Source: Thermoanaerobaculia bacterium | Lineage (GTDB): Bacteria > Acidobacteriota > Thermoanaerobaculia > Multivoradales > JAHEKO01 | DNA length: 64,000 nucleotides | Assembly (NCBI GenBank): GCA_041574955.1 | Contig: JBFGNS010000002.1 | Location: 6,316-70,315 of the forward strand | Reading direction: 5' to 3' | Part shown: positions 30,426 through 39,209 of the stretch, in pieces | How positions within the stretch are numbered: position 1 is the first letter of the stretch | Layout of the letters: every line of letters starts with the position of its first letter | The notes under the pieces: generated by a model | Database searches by the model: none | Told to the model about the DNA's origin: nothing | The model's input: only the letters and a program-made list of their open reading frames with translations | Translations under genes and position numbers: made by a program

Positions 30426-32165
30426 ATGACGCTAACCGAGCCGACACGGCCAACGGCCCGGCCGCGGGCGTGGCTGGCGGGCGGCTGCGCGCTCGCTCTG
30501 CTCGCAGCCTGCGCCGGCGAGCCGCCGCGGGGCACGCTGCTGCGCGAGGTCACGATCGTGGATCTGGCCGCCGCGCCGCGCACCGGCCAGTCGATCCGTA
30601 TCGAGGACGGCCGGATCGCGGCGATCGGGCCGGTGGCCGAGATGGACCAGCCCGCCGGCGAGGTGATCGAGGGCGGCGGCCGGTTTGTCCTGCCCGGGCT
30701 GATCGACGCCCACGTGCACGTCGATCACCCCGACGAGCTCGAGCTCTACCCGGCCTACGGCGTGACCTCGGTGCTGGTGCTGCGGGGGGTGCCGCACCAT
30801 CTGCGCTGGCGCGACGAGATCCGCGCCGGCGAGCGGTTCGGCCCGGGCCTCTACCTCACCGGCGACTACCTGGACGGCTACCCCGCGTGGATGGAGCCGA
30901 TGGTGGCCCTCGACGGGGTCGAGCCGGCCCGCGCTGCCGTCCGGCGCCAGGTCGAGGCCGGCTACGACTTCATCAAGGTCTTCACCAGCCTGACCGCCGA
31001 GCAGCTCAGCGTCGTCACCGACGAGGCCCGCGCTCTCGGGGTGTGCGTCGTCGGGCACGGCGGCAAGAACTACCCGCTCGACCACCTGATCGCTGCCGGC
31101 CAGGCCAACCTGGCGCACGGCCAGGACCTCATCCGGTGGTACCTCGAAGGCCACGACGACGAGGCCGGCATCGAGCGGGTGGTCGCCCAGCTCGCCGCCT
31201 CGGACCTCACCGTCACGCCCAACTTCGCTTTCACCGACGCCCTGCTGCGCCAGGGCCGGGATCTCGACGCGGTGCTGGCGACCGCCGAGGCGCGCCGGCT
31301 CCACCCCGCCATCCTGCAGCCGTTCCGGCGCGCCAACAACCGCTACGTCCGGAACGCCGAGGAGTGGGTGCCGAGCGTCGCCGAGCGCTTCGAGATTGAG
31401 CAGCGGATCACCCGCCAGCTGCACGAGGCCGGGGTGACGCTGCTGGCCGGTACCGACGCCTCGACCGCCGCGGTCTTCCCCGGCGACTCCCTGCTCACCG
31501 AGGTCGAGCTGTTGGTGGCAGCCGGGCTGACGCCGGCCGCCGCCCTGCGGGCGGCGACGGTCGACGCCGGGCGGTTCTTCGAGCACTGCCTGGGGCCGGA
31601 GGCGCGGGTGGGCCGACTCGAGCCGGGCTACGAGGCCGACCTGCTCGTTCTCGACCGCGATCCGCTCGACGACGTCGCCGCCCTGCGCCACCCCGCCGCG
31701 GTGATGCTCGACGGCCGCTGGCTGCCGCGCTCCGAGCTCGACGCCAGGCTGGCCGAGCTCGAGCGCGACTACGTCGGGCTCGGCGAACAGGTGATCGCAC
31801 TCGAGCAGGCTCTTTTCTCGGGCGAGGTGGCGGCGGCGCGCGCGATCTTCGACCGGGTGCGCGGCGAGCGCCCGGGCGAGCTCCTGTTCAGCCAGTACAC
31901 GCCGTTCTTCGTCGGCTACGGCTTCCTCTACGGCGAGGACGGCTTCAACACCGACCCCGGACGGCTGGCGGCGGCGCTCGCGCTCTACGAGATGTACGCC
32001 GAAACCTACCCCGACTACCACAGCGCGCATTACATGCTGGCGCTCGCCCGGCGCGCCAACGGCGACCTCGCCGGCGCCCGCTCGAGCCTCGAGCGAGCGC
32101 TCGAGATCCACCCCGAGTACGTCAAGGCCCACCAGCAGCTGAGCGAGCTGGCGGAAAGCGGCTAG
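30426..32165 (+). CDS. Amidohydrolase family lipoprotein with C-terminal TPR-like region
   Basis: Lipobox LLAAC, LPGLIDAHVH, GYDFIKVF, LLAGTDA, GRLEPGYEADLLVLDRDPL. Confidence 0.88.
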   Translation: MTLTEPTRPTARPRAWLAGGCALALLAACAGEPPRGTLLREVTIVDLAAAPRTGQSIRIEDGRIAAIGPVAEMDQPAGEVIEGGGRFVLPGLIDAHVHVDHPDELELYPAYGVTSVLVLRGVPHHLRWRDEIRAGERFGPGLYLTGDYLDGYPAWMEPMVALDGVEPARAAVRRQVEAGYDFIKVFTSLTAEQLSVVTDEARALGVCVVGHGGKNYPLDHLIAAGQANLAHGQDLIRWYLEGHDDEAGIERVVAQLAASDLTVTPNFAFTDALLRQGRDLDAVLATAEARRLHPAILQPFRRANNRYVRNAEEWVPSVAERFEIEQRITRQLHEAGVTLLAGTDASTAAVFPGDSLLTEVELLVAAGLTPAAALRAATVDAGRFFEHCLGPEARVGRLEPGYEADLLVLDRDPLDDVAALRHPAAVMLDGRWLPRSELDARLAELERDYVGLGEQVIALEQALFSGEVAAARAIFDRVRGERPGELLFSQYTPFFVGYGFLYGEDGFNTDPGRLAAALALYEMYAETYPDYHSAHYMLALARRANGDLAGARSSLERALEIHPEYVKAHQQLSELAESG

Positions 32166-32222
32166 CCGGGCACGCCCGCCGGCACCGCCACGCCACCGCC
32201 TTCCGCCGCCAGGCCCCGGCGC

Positions 32223-33182
32223 TCAGACGCCCGGTCGGGCGCCGAGGTGCGCGCGGTAGAGGGCCGAGCTCAGGTACTTCATGCCCGAGTCGCACATCAG
32301 GGTCACGACCGTTGCACGGGGGGCAAGGCGCTCGGCGAGCCGCAGCGCGGCGACGACGTTGGCGCCGGTCGAGGTGCCGGCGAACAGCCCTTCCTCGCGC
32401 GCCAGGCGCACGGCCATGGCGACGGCCTGGTCGGTCGAGACCCGCTCGATCCCATCCGCCAGGCCTTCCCGCCACAGCGGCACCACGAAGCCGGCGCCGA
32501 CCCCGTCGATCTTGTGCGCCCCGCTCGGGCCCCCCGACAGGACGGCCGACTCGGCCGGCTCGACCGCCACCAGCCGCACGCCGTCGTTCCTGCGCCGCAG
32601 CGCCTCACCGGTACCGCGTAGCGAGCCGCTGGTGCCGACGCTCTGGACGAAGCCGTCGATCCGGCCCTCGGTCTGTCGCCAGATCTCGTCCGCCAGCCGC
32701 TCGTAGGCGCCCAGCTGATCGACGTTGTTCAGCTGATCGGTCCAGTAGCTGGCGGGCTCGTCGGCCAGCGCGCTGGCCGCCTCGATCATCGCTCGCGTCA
32801 GCTCGCGAGTCATCCGCCCGCCGTCGCTGGGCACGATCTCGAGCCGCGCCCCGAGCAGCTCCATGTGATCGAGCTTCTCGCGCGAGAAGGCGTCGGAGGT
32901 GACGATGCGCAGCGGGTAGCCCTTGACCGCGCACACCAGCGCCAGAGACACGCCGGTGCTGCCGCCGGTGTACTCGACGACCGAGCCACCGGGACGCAGC
33001 CGCCCGTCGGCCTCGGCCGCCTCCACCATCGCCAGCGCCATGCGGTCCTTCATGCTGCCGGTCGGGTTGGCGGATTCGAGCTTGAGCAGCAGCCGCGCTC
33101 CGCTGGACGGCACGATCCTGCGCAGCGCCACCAGCGGCGTGTCGCCGATGGCGTCGAGGATGTCGCTGTGTAGCGCTGTCAC
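32223..33182 (-). CDS. Cysteine synthase family PLP-dependent enzyme
   Basis: IGDTPLV, KLESANPTGSMKDR (PLP Lys), VGTSGS, HKIDGVGAGF, EGLFAGTSTGA; GTG start inferred. Confidence 0.9.
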   Translation of the reverse strand: MTALHSDILDAIGDTPLVALRRIVPSSGARLLLKLESANPTGSMKDRMALAMVEAAEADGRLRPGGSVVEYTGGSTGVSLALVCAVKGYPLRIVTSDAFSREKLDHMELLGARLEIVPSDGGRMTRELTRAMIEAASALADEPASYWTDQLNNVDQLGAYERLADEIWRQTEGRIDGFVQSVGTSGSLRGTGEALRRRNDGVRLVAVEPAESAVLSGGPSGAHKIDGVGAGFVVPLWREGLADGIERVSTDQAVAMAVRLAREEGLFAGTSTGANVVAALRLAERLAPRATVVTLMCDSGMKYLSSALYRAHLGARPGV

Positions 33183-33212
33183 GGGGCGAAGCGCCCTCCG
33201 GCACCGCGGTCT

Positions 33213-33273
33213 GGGAGCGTCGGATGATGCTACCCGAACCGGTGGCGCCGAAAAGGAGGCGCCAGGTGCTCCC
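33213..33273 (-). other. Candidate structured 5' leader (three-way junction) upstream of the cysteine synthase-like gene
   Basis: Nested complementary segments GGGAGC/GCTCCC, TCGG/CCGA, ACC/GGT and TGGCGCC/GGCGCCA; no known riboswitch family recognised. Confidence 0.3.
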
Positions 33274-33285
33274 TCGAGCCGGGTC

Positions 33286-33315
33286 TTGACAAACATTTAG
33301 TCGTTTAGCTAATCT
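33286..33315 (+). promoter_or_regulatory. Sigma70 promoter TTGACA-N18-TAATCT with TTTAG repeats (probable ArsR autorepression site)
   Basis: AT-rich block 8 nt upstream of the ArsR ATG at 33324; no SD, so probably near-leaderless. Confidence 0.65.
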
Positions 33316-33323
33316 TCGAACTC

Positions 33324-33644
33324 ATGAACAGGGTCTTCAAGGCGCTGGCCGACCCGACCCGCCGCCGGGTGCTCGAGCTGCTGCGCCAGCGGCCGATGCC
33401 GGCGGGCGAGCTGGCCGAGCACTTCCCGGTCTCCAAACCGACCATGTCGGCCCACTTTGCGGTGCTGCGCGAGGCCGGCCTGGTGGAGAGCGAGCGCCAC
33501 GGCAAGACCATCCTCTACCGAATCCGCATGTCGGTGCTCGAAGACGCCCTGCTGGGATTCGCCCAGCTGTTCGGGCTGGCGCAACCGCCCGACGGCGCGG
33601 CGGACCGAGAGCCCTCGACTGGAAAGGAACGAACAAACCGATGA
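33324..33644 (+). CDS. ArsR family regulator (SdpR-like)
   Basis: VFKALADPTRRRVLELLR, SKPTMSAHFAVLREAGLV, GKTILY. Confidence 0.92.
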   Translation: MNRVFKALADPTRRRVLELLRQRPMPAGELAEHFPVSKPTMSAHFAVLREAGLVESERHGKTILYRIRMSVLEDALLGFAQLFGLAQPPDGAADREPSTGKERTNR

Positions 33645-34039
33645 CCATTCGCAACGCCCTCATCCTGGCCGGCCTGATGCTGGCCTTCGCCATCGGCCTG
33701 GCCTGGGCCAACAACGCCGGCCACCTCTCCGAAGAGACCTCCCGCCGCGCCAGCCAGGTTCTGGCCGGGCTGGTGGTGGTCTACTTCGCCAACCTGGTCC
33801 CCAAGTCTCTGGAGCCGCTGCTCGCCGGCTGCGAGCCGTCGCGCGCGCAGGCGATGCAGCGGTTCGGCGGCTGGACCCTGGTGCTCGGCGGCCTGGGCTA
33901 CTCCGTGGCCTGGCTGGTGGCGCCGCTCGAGGTCGCCAAGCCGGCGGCGATCGCGATCCTCGCCACCGCGCTGGTCCTGGTGGTCGGCCGCTGCGCCTGG
34001 ACCGTAATGACGCGCCGGCGCGAACGGCCTCCGGCCTAG
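33641..34039 (+). CDS. Small membrane protein (SdpI-like partner of the ArsR regulator)
   Basis: ATGA overlap with ArsR, four hydrophobic segments, YFANLVPK and QRFGGWTLVLGG. Confidence 0.7.
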   Translation: MTIRNALILAGLMLAFAIGLAWANNAGHLSEETSRRASQVLAGLVVVYFANLVPKSLEPLLAGCEPSRAQAMQRFGGWTLVLGGLGYSVAWLVAPLEVAKPAAIAILATALVLVVGRCAWTVMTRRRERPPA

Positions 34040-34188
34040 CCACGGGCGCCGGTCGGCGGCCAGGCACCGGCGGCGGCGTCAGCCGCCGTTTCCCGCCTCA
34101 GGCGCGGCGTGGCTGTGGGCGGAGCGAGCCGCGTGGGCGACAGCCCGGCTACCTGCCACCGAAAGACCCGGTTCGCGAAAGGCAGCCG

Positions 34189-34947
34189 CTACCGCCCGCT
34201 ACCCGGATCGACGAGCCGGTAGCGCGTCAGCTCCCGCACGCTGCCGTTGAACAGGTCGAGGTCGACCTCGCCGTCGATACCGGGCACGCTGCCGCCATCG
34301 GTGTGCTGCCAGAGAGTCCAGCGGTCCCAGCCGTCGGGCAGCGCCGGACCGTCCGCGTCGTAGTCGGCGACCCACAGCGGATAGGCGCCGAACGAGCCGT
34401 CCATGTGCTCGTTCCAGAAGTCCGGGTCGGTGTAGAGGATCGGCTCGACCCCGTAGTGGGCCTCGAGCAGCTCGAGATAGGTGTGGAGGTCGGCCACCAG
34501 GCCGGCCGGCGGCGAGCCGCGCAGCAGGCTGGCGTGTTCGATGTCGACCATCGGCGCCAGGTCGCCTGGCTCGAGGGTCACCAGCCGGGTGAACGCCGCG
34601 GCCTGGGCCGCCGGCGGGTCGTCGGCGACGTAGAAGGCGTAGGCGCCGCGAACCACCCCGGCCTCTTTCATGCCCTGCCAGTTGGCGGCAAACCGCGAGT
34701 CGACGAGCGTCTCGCCTTCGAGCGCACGGGCGAAAGCGAGGACCACGCCCGATTCCCGCACGGCTTGCCAGTCGATCTCACCCTGGAACTGCGAGACGTC
34801 GACGCCGTGCAGGCGCGCGCCCTGCACGGTCTCCTCCGCCGCCGGCGGCGCCGATCGCTCTTCGCCCTCGGCGCTCCAGGCCACCAGCAGCAGCAAGCCC
34901 GCACCGAGGCCGAGCCTCCCAACGAGGTTTCGAAGGCCGTGTTCCAT
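34189..34947 (-). CDS. GH25 family lysozyme/muramidase, secreted
   Basis: HGVDVSQFQG, ARALEG, RGAYAFY, DLAPMVDIE (DxE), LWVADY, WQHT, VDLDLFNG. Confidence 0.93.
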   Translation of the reverse strand: MEHGLRNLVGRLGLGAGLLLLVAWSAEGEERSAPPAAEETVQGARLHGVDVSQFQGEIDWQAVRESGVVLAFARALEGETLVDSRFAANWQGMKEAGVVRGAYAFYVADDPPAAQAAAFTRLVTLEPGDLAPMVDIEHASLLRGSPPAGLVADLHTYLELLEAHYGVEPILYTDPDFWNEHMDGSFGAYPLWVADYDADGPALPDGWDRWTLWQHTDGGSVPGIDGEVDLDLFNGSVRELTRYRLVDPGSGR

Positions 34948-35072
34948 GAGCAGAGTTCTCCCCGAGTCCTGGCCCGCCGCCGACACGGGCGTCGCGCCGG
35001 CGGCGCCGCGACGATAGCAGCAGGACCCCACGCGCCCCCGCCGGCAGGTGAAGCCCGGCGCTGTGGACGCGT

Positions 35073-35101
35073 TTGACTCCCTCACACCGAGCCTCTACCA
35101 T
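35073..35101 (+). promoter_or_regulatory. Sigma70 promoter TTGACT-N17-TACCAT for the split amine oxidase operon
   Basis: Good consensus and spacing about 50 nt upstream of ATG 35150; SD GGGAGG present. Confidence 0.65.
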
Positions 35102-35149
35102 GCCTGTCAGTTTCCAGGTCTCACCAGAGCCTTCAGAAGGGAGGCAGCG

Positions 35150-35836
35150 ATGACGGGAGCTTCCCGGTTCGGCCGGCTGGCCGCGGTGGCGGGCTCGTTG
35201 ATCCTCGCGGTGCCGCTCACGGCATGCGCGATCCACACGTCGCAAAGGGGCAGCGGGCGCGTCGAGGCGCGACCGAACCCCTTCGAGGTCACCCCAGCCG
35301 AGGCGGCAGCCGCGGCCGAGCTGGCCGAGAAGGCGATCGTCGATCGCGAGCTGCGGGGCGCCGGTCCCTTCTACCTGGTGGCGACGGAGGTCGTGCGCGA
35401 CAAGGCGGCCGAAGAGGAGGGCGGTGGCCAGCGCGCCATCCTCACGACCCACTACCGCTACCAGGGTGACCTGACGATCCGCACCCGCGTCGATCTGCGA
35501 CGGTCCGAGGTCGTGGCGGTCGACGCGCTCGTCGGCGTGCCGGCGCCGCTGGCCCAAGAGGAGCTCGACCGAGCACGGGACCTGGCGTTCGCGGATCCGG
35601 CAGTCCGGCGAGCGCTCGGCGAGCAGCTCGGCGCCGTCCGCGTCGAGCCGCTGGTGGTCCGCACCGCCGACGAGGAGGACCCCTTCTACGGCCGCCGCCT
35701 CGTGAGGCTGCTGTTCAAGACCGCCACGGGCTATCTGCGGCAGCCGATCGTGCTGGTGGACCTGTCCGGCGAGAAGGTCATCGTCGAGGCCCCTCCGGCG
35801 ACTCGACCTGTCGACTACCCCGAACCCGAAGGATAG
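35150..35836 (+). CDS. Lipoprotein resembling copper amine oxidase N2/N3 domains
   Basis: Lipobox PLTAC; NPFEVTPAE, RAILTTHY...TRVDL...V, PAPLAQEELDRARDLAFADPAVRRALG and RQPIVLVDLSGEKV match the N2/N3 pattern of copper amine oxidases. Confidence 0.7.
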   Translation: MTGASRFGRLAAVAGSLILAVPLTACAIHTSQRGSGRVEARPNPFEVTPAEAAAAAELAEKAIVDRELRGAGPFYLVATEVVRDKAAEEEGGGQRAILTTHYRYQGDLTIRTRVDLRRSEVVAVDALVGVPAPLAQEELDRARDLAFADPAVRRALGEQLGAVRVEPLVVRTADEEDPFYGRRLVRLLFKTATGYLRQPIVLVDLSGEKVIVEAPPATRPVDYPEPEG

Positions 35837-35842
35837 GGAGGC

Positions 35843-36979
35843 GTGACGATGAGAACGACCGCGCTGCTCGCCCTGCTGCCGCTGACCTTGGCCGCCTCCG
35901 CCTGCACCACCGTCGTCTGCTGCTCCGAGTCCACGCCGCAGCCGGCAGGCGGAAGCGCCTTCGAGGTGGTTCAGGAGTTCCCTTCCGGGGGACCGGCCGA
36001 GACCGCGTGGCGCGTCCGCTACGGCCACGCCACCGCCAAGGGGTTGTTCATCACCGGGGCGTGGTTCAAGCGAAGCCCGGCCGATCCCTGGATGCGCGTT
36101 CTCTACGACGTGCGTCTGGCCGACATCTTCGTGCCCTACCACCCCGGCTCACCGCGCTACTACGACCTGACCGGATTCAGCTTTCCGCTGGTTCCGGCGA
36201 CCGAGGCCGACGCCGGTTGCTGCGGGAAGATCCTCGACGGCTTCGTGATCAAGGAGGTGAGGGACCGTGGCGTCCTGTGGAAGGACGACACGGCGGTGCG
36301 GCGGGGCGAGGAGCTGGTGCTGTGGGCAACGCTCGACTCCGCCAACTACAACTACATCATGCAGTACGGCTTCCGCGACGACGGCACGATCGCCCTGCGC
36401 CTCGGCGCCACCGCCGCCAACCTGCCCGGCATGGAGCAGACCGCGCACATGCACAACGGGCTGTGGCGCATCGACATGGACCTCGCGGGCGCCGCCCACG
36501 ACACGGCGCTGGTGGCCAGTCACGTCGAATCGACCGGCAGCCCGGTGGCCTCCGACGGCTTCCTGCTGTTCGGCAACGGCGTCGAGGGGGCGGAGGACTG
36601 GAACGACCTGGCCTTCACCGAGATCAGGGTCTACGACACCCAGCGGCAGAACGCGCAGGGGCGCAACATCGCCTACGACCTGCGACCGGTGCGGATGGGC
36701 ACGCCCCGGCACCAGGAGTCTTTCGCCCACCACGACTTCTGGGTGACCCGCTACCGCGCCGGCGAAGATCTCTACGCCCAGCTGCCCAGCTACGCCAACG
36801 GCGAGACGATCTCCGACCGCGACATCGTCCTGTGGCACATCTCGCCGCTCCACCACCTGCCACGCTCCGAGGACGGGCGAGAGGTGAGCGGAGTCTGGCA
36901 GGGAGTGGCGCTGACCATGTGGGGCGGCCTCGACCTGCGACCGCGCGATCTGTTCGACGAGACGCCGCTGCATCCGTGA
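35843..36979 (+). CDS. Copper amine oxidase catalytic-domain lipoprotein
   Basis: Lipobox LAASAC; IFVPY..YYD, ANYNY (TPQ-site equivalent), FRDDGTI, HMH..WRIDMD, FWVTRY, DIVLW...HHLPRSED, LRPRDLFD. Confidence 0.85.
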   Translation: MTMRTTALLALLPLTLAASACTTVVCCSESTPQPAGGSAFEVVQEFPSGGPAETAWRVRYGHATAKGLFITGAWFKRSPADPWMRVLYDVRLADIFVPYHPGSPRYYDLTGFSFPLVPATEADAGCCGKILDGFVIKEVRDRGVLWKDDTAVRRGEELVLWATLDSANYNYIMQYGFRDDGTIALRLGATAANLPGMEQTAHMHNGLWRIDMDLAGAAHDTALVASHVESTGSPVASDGFLLFGNGVEGAEDWNDLAFTEIRVYDTQRQNAQGRNIAYDLRPVRMGTPRHQESFAHHDFWVTRYRAGEDLYAQLPSYANGETISDRDIVLWHISPLHHLPRSEDGREVSGVWQGVALTMWGGLDLRPRDLFDETPLHP

Positions 36980-37004
36980 GCGGCAGCAGCTCGAGACCGC
37001 CGCC

Positions 37005-39182
37005 TCAGCCGCGGCGATCGAGCCGGAAGTTCACCAGCCGCACTACGTACTCCATGAACGGCGCGGTGAAGAAGTCGCCGTGGCTCGGGATGATGCTCGC
37101 GTCGACCTGGACGACCATCGCCGCCGGCAGGTCCGGCGCCGGCGTGGCGGGCCCGGCACACTCCAGCTCCCGGCTCTCGGTCCGCCAGTCGTGCTCGCAC
37201 AGGACCATCCGGTACCACGGCTCGCGGTCCCGGTACACCGTTGCCGCCCGGTAGTTGAAGAGCTCGCGGGCCGCTCGCGCCGCCGGCGGCACCCGCTCGA
37301 CTCCCCGCGTGATCGTCTGGCCGCTGCGCCGGATGCTCTCGCGGTCGCCTTCGAGCGGAGCCAACCGCAGCCGGTGGGTGATGAAGCGATCGTAGTTGGG
37401 CGCGGTGGTGACGAACCGGCCGAAGTCCGTCGGGCCGCCGGCTTCGAACGAGAACGCGGCGCCGACCGGGTAGACGGTCTGCGTCACCCGATCGGCGACC
37501 GACGCCAGCAGGACCAGCGGCGCGCTCGCGCCGGCAAGACCGCGCGACGCCTGGTGGAGGTCCTGGTACTGCTCGGCAGAGAACGCGGGGTTGATCAGCA
37601 GCACCAGGTCGCCGAGATACGGCGCCTGGCCCGGGCTCGCCCGGTCGGCCTCCAGCGCCCGCCGGGTAGCCCCGAAGATCGCGCGCGCTCCCATGCTGTG
37701 GCCGGCGACGATCAGCGCGCTCCTGTCGCTCGGGCGGCGCCTGCCGGCGGAGCTCTCGGCCGTCGCCTGCGCCAACCGCTCGAGCGTCCGCTGGAGATCG
37801 CCGCCGTCCCGACCCAGGCGGTCGGCCACCGCCAGCCGGTTCCAGAACGTCGTCACCGAGTTCGCCAGCTGCGAGCCGTACAGGCTGCCCCGCCACGCCA
37901 GATAGACGCCGACGACCGCGCGCTGGCGGCTGGCCACGCCGCCCTTGGACTGTGCCTCCATCACGGCGGTGGCTTCCACCAGCTCCCGGAACCTGGCGAT
38001 GTTGTCGTCTCCCGGCTGGCCCGAGTGCTGCCAGCCGTGCATCAGCACCGACACCAGCGCGCCGCTGCCGGCCGCCGTGCCCTCGACCAGCCCGACCAGC
38101 TCGTCGACCTGCCGGCGATCGAGCAGCCGGCCGTCGTCGCCGAACTCCACGAACGCCAGCCGGTAGCCGCAGCTCGCCGGAGCCGCTTCACCGCACGGGT
38201 AGCGGGCGATGGGCTGCCCGAGCGTGACCCCGCGGGGCCGCTCGTCGAGCCGCCTGCCACCCAGCTCGACCTCGGTCAGATCCAGCCTCCAGCGCAGCCC
38301 GTCCCGCCCTCCTCCGCCGCCGCAGGCCGCCGCTGGGACCACGATCTCGTCGAGCAGCCGTCGGGTCTCCTCGCCGAAGCCGGCGAGCTGGTCGCGCGGC
38401 ATGCCGACGCTGAGCTCGAACGAGGAGTCCGCCGCCCTTCCTCTCTTCACGACGCACGCCGAGAGCGGCTGCCCGCCCTCGGCACCCGCCTCGAGGTCGA
38501 TCCTCGTGTCCGCCTCTGCGAGCACCGAGGCGACCTCCAGGATCGACCGCGCCAACCGCTGCGAGTCGCCGTCCGCCGCCGGCGGTAGCCGCGCGCCTCG
38601 CTCCGCACCGCCGACCAGCGCGGCGCCGCCCACCGTCAGCTCGGCGCGCAGCGACCCCATCGGCGGCAGCCCCTCCGGCGCCGCGCAGCCAGGCAGCGGC
38701 GCGAGATCGGCGCGGAGCCGGAGGTGCTCACCACCGGCCAGCTCGGCGCGCACCGCCGTCAAGCTCACCCGGCAGTCGCCGCCAACCTCGACATCGGCCA
38801 GCTCGAGACGCGCATCGCGCAGCGCGAGCGACGGCAGCCCGAGGGCGAGATCCAGGCAGACGTCGGAGGCCTGGCCGCCCCCCGTCGAGGTCGCCAGCCG
38901 CTCGGCCTCGAACCGCACGCCCGGCCATACCGTCGGGGATCCGTCGCAGCTGCGCCGCACGAAGCGGGAGGTGACGGTCGCGTCGTGCACCTCGAGCCGG
39001 TGCTCGCCGCGGGCCACCCGCAGCTCGCCGATCCGCAAAGCGCCCGGCAGCCACGAGCGCCGCGCATCGGTCACCGTTCCCAGCTCGCGCAGCCCCGACC
39101 GGATCCTGGCGTCGACCACCAGCTGCGCGCCCAGCACGATCAGCGCCGTCAGGCCAGCGCCCCACCAAACGAGTCGACTCAA
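37005..39182 (-). CDS. Membrane-anchored protein with unknown N-terminal domain and C-terminal alpha/beta hydrolase
   Basis: N-terminal TM; C-terminal LAFVEFGDDG, LMHGWQH, AGHSMGAR (GxSxG), DRVT, and SHGDF (candidate catalytic His). Confidence 0.75.
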   Translation of the reverse strand: MSRLVWWGAGLTALIVLGAQLVVDARIRSGLRELGTVTDARRSWLPGALRIGELRVARGEHRLEVHDATVTSRFVRRSCDGSPTVWPGVRFEAERLATSTGGGQASDVCLDLALGLPSLALRDARLELADVEVGGDCRVSLTAVRAELAGGEHLRLRADLAPLPGCAAPEGLPPMGSLRAELTVGGAALVGGAERGARLPPAADGDSQRLARSILEVASVLAEADTRIDLEAGAEGGQPLSACVVKRGRAADSSFELSVGMPRDQLAGFGEETRRLLDEIVVPAAACGGGGGRDGLRWRLDLTEVELGGRRLDERPRGVTLGQPIARYPCGEAAPASCGYRLAFVEFGDDGRLLDRRQVDELVGLVEGTAAGSGALVSVLMHGWQHSGQPGDDNIARFRELVEATAVMEAQSKGGVASRQRAVVGVYLAWRGSLYGSQLANSVTTFWNRLAVADRLGRDGGDLQRTLERLAQATAESSAGRRRPSDRSALIVAGHSMGARAIFGATRRALEADRASPGQAPYLGDLVLLINPAFSAEQYQDLHQASRGLAGASAPLVLLASVADRVTQTVYPVGAAFSFEAGGPTDFGRFVTTAPNYDRFITHRLRLAPLEGDRESIRRSGQTITRGVERVPPAARAARELFNYRAATVYRDREPWYRMVLCEHDWRTESRELECAGPATPAPDLPAAMVVQVDASIIPSHGDFFTAPFMEYVVRLVNFRLDRRG

Positions 39183-39209
39183 CGCCGCTCCTCCCGCCGC
39201 GTGGAGATC

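Noticed and set aside
33251-33289. Strong SD (AAGGAGG) followed by a 7-codon GTG ORF
   Set aside because: It lies upstream of the ArsR promoter's -35, so it is probably not transcribed on that strand, and it is too short to support.
34120-34188. GAAA-containing hairpins between the SdpI-like gene and the GH25 gene
   Set aside because: They lie between convergent 3' ends with weak, ambiguous pairing; most likely a terminator region or chance.
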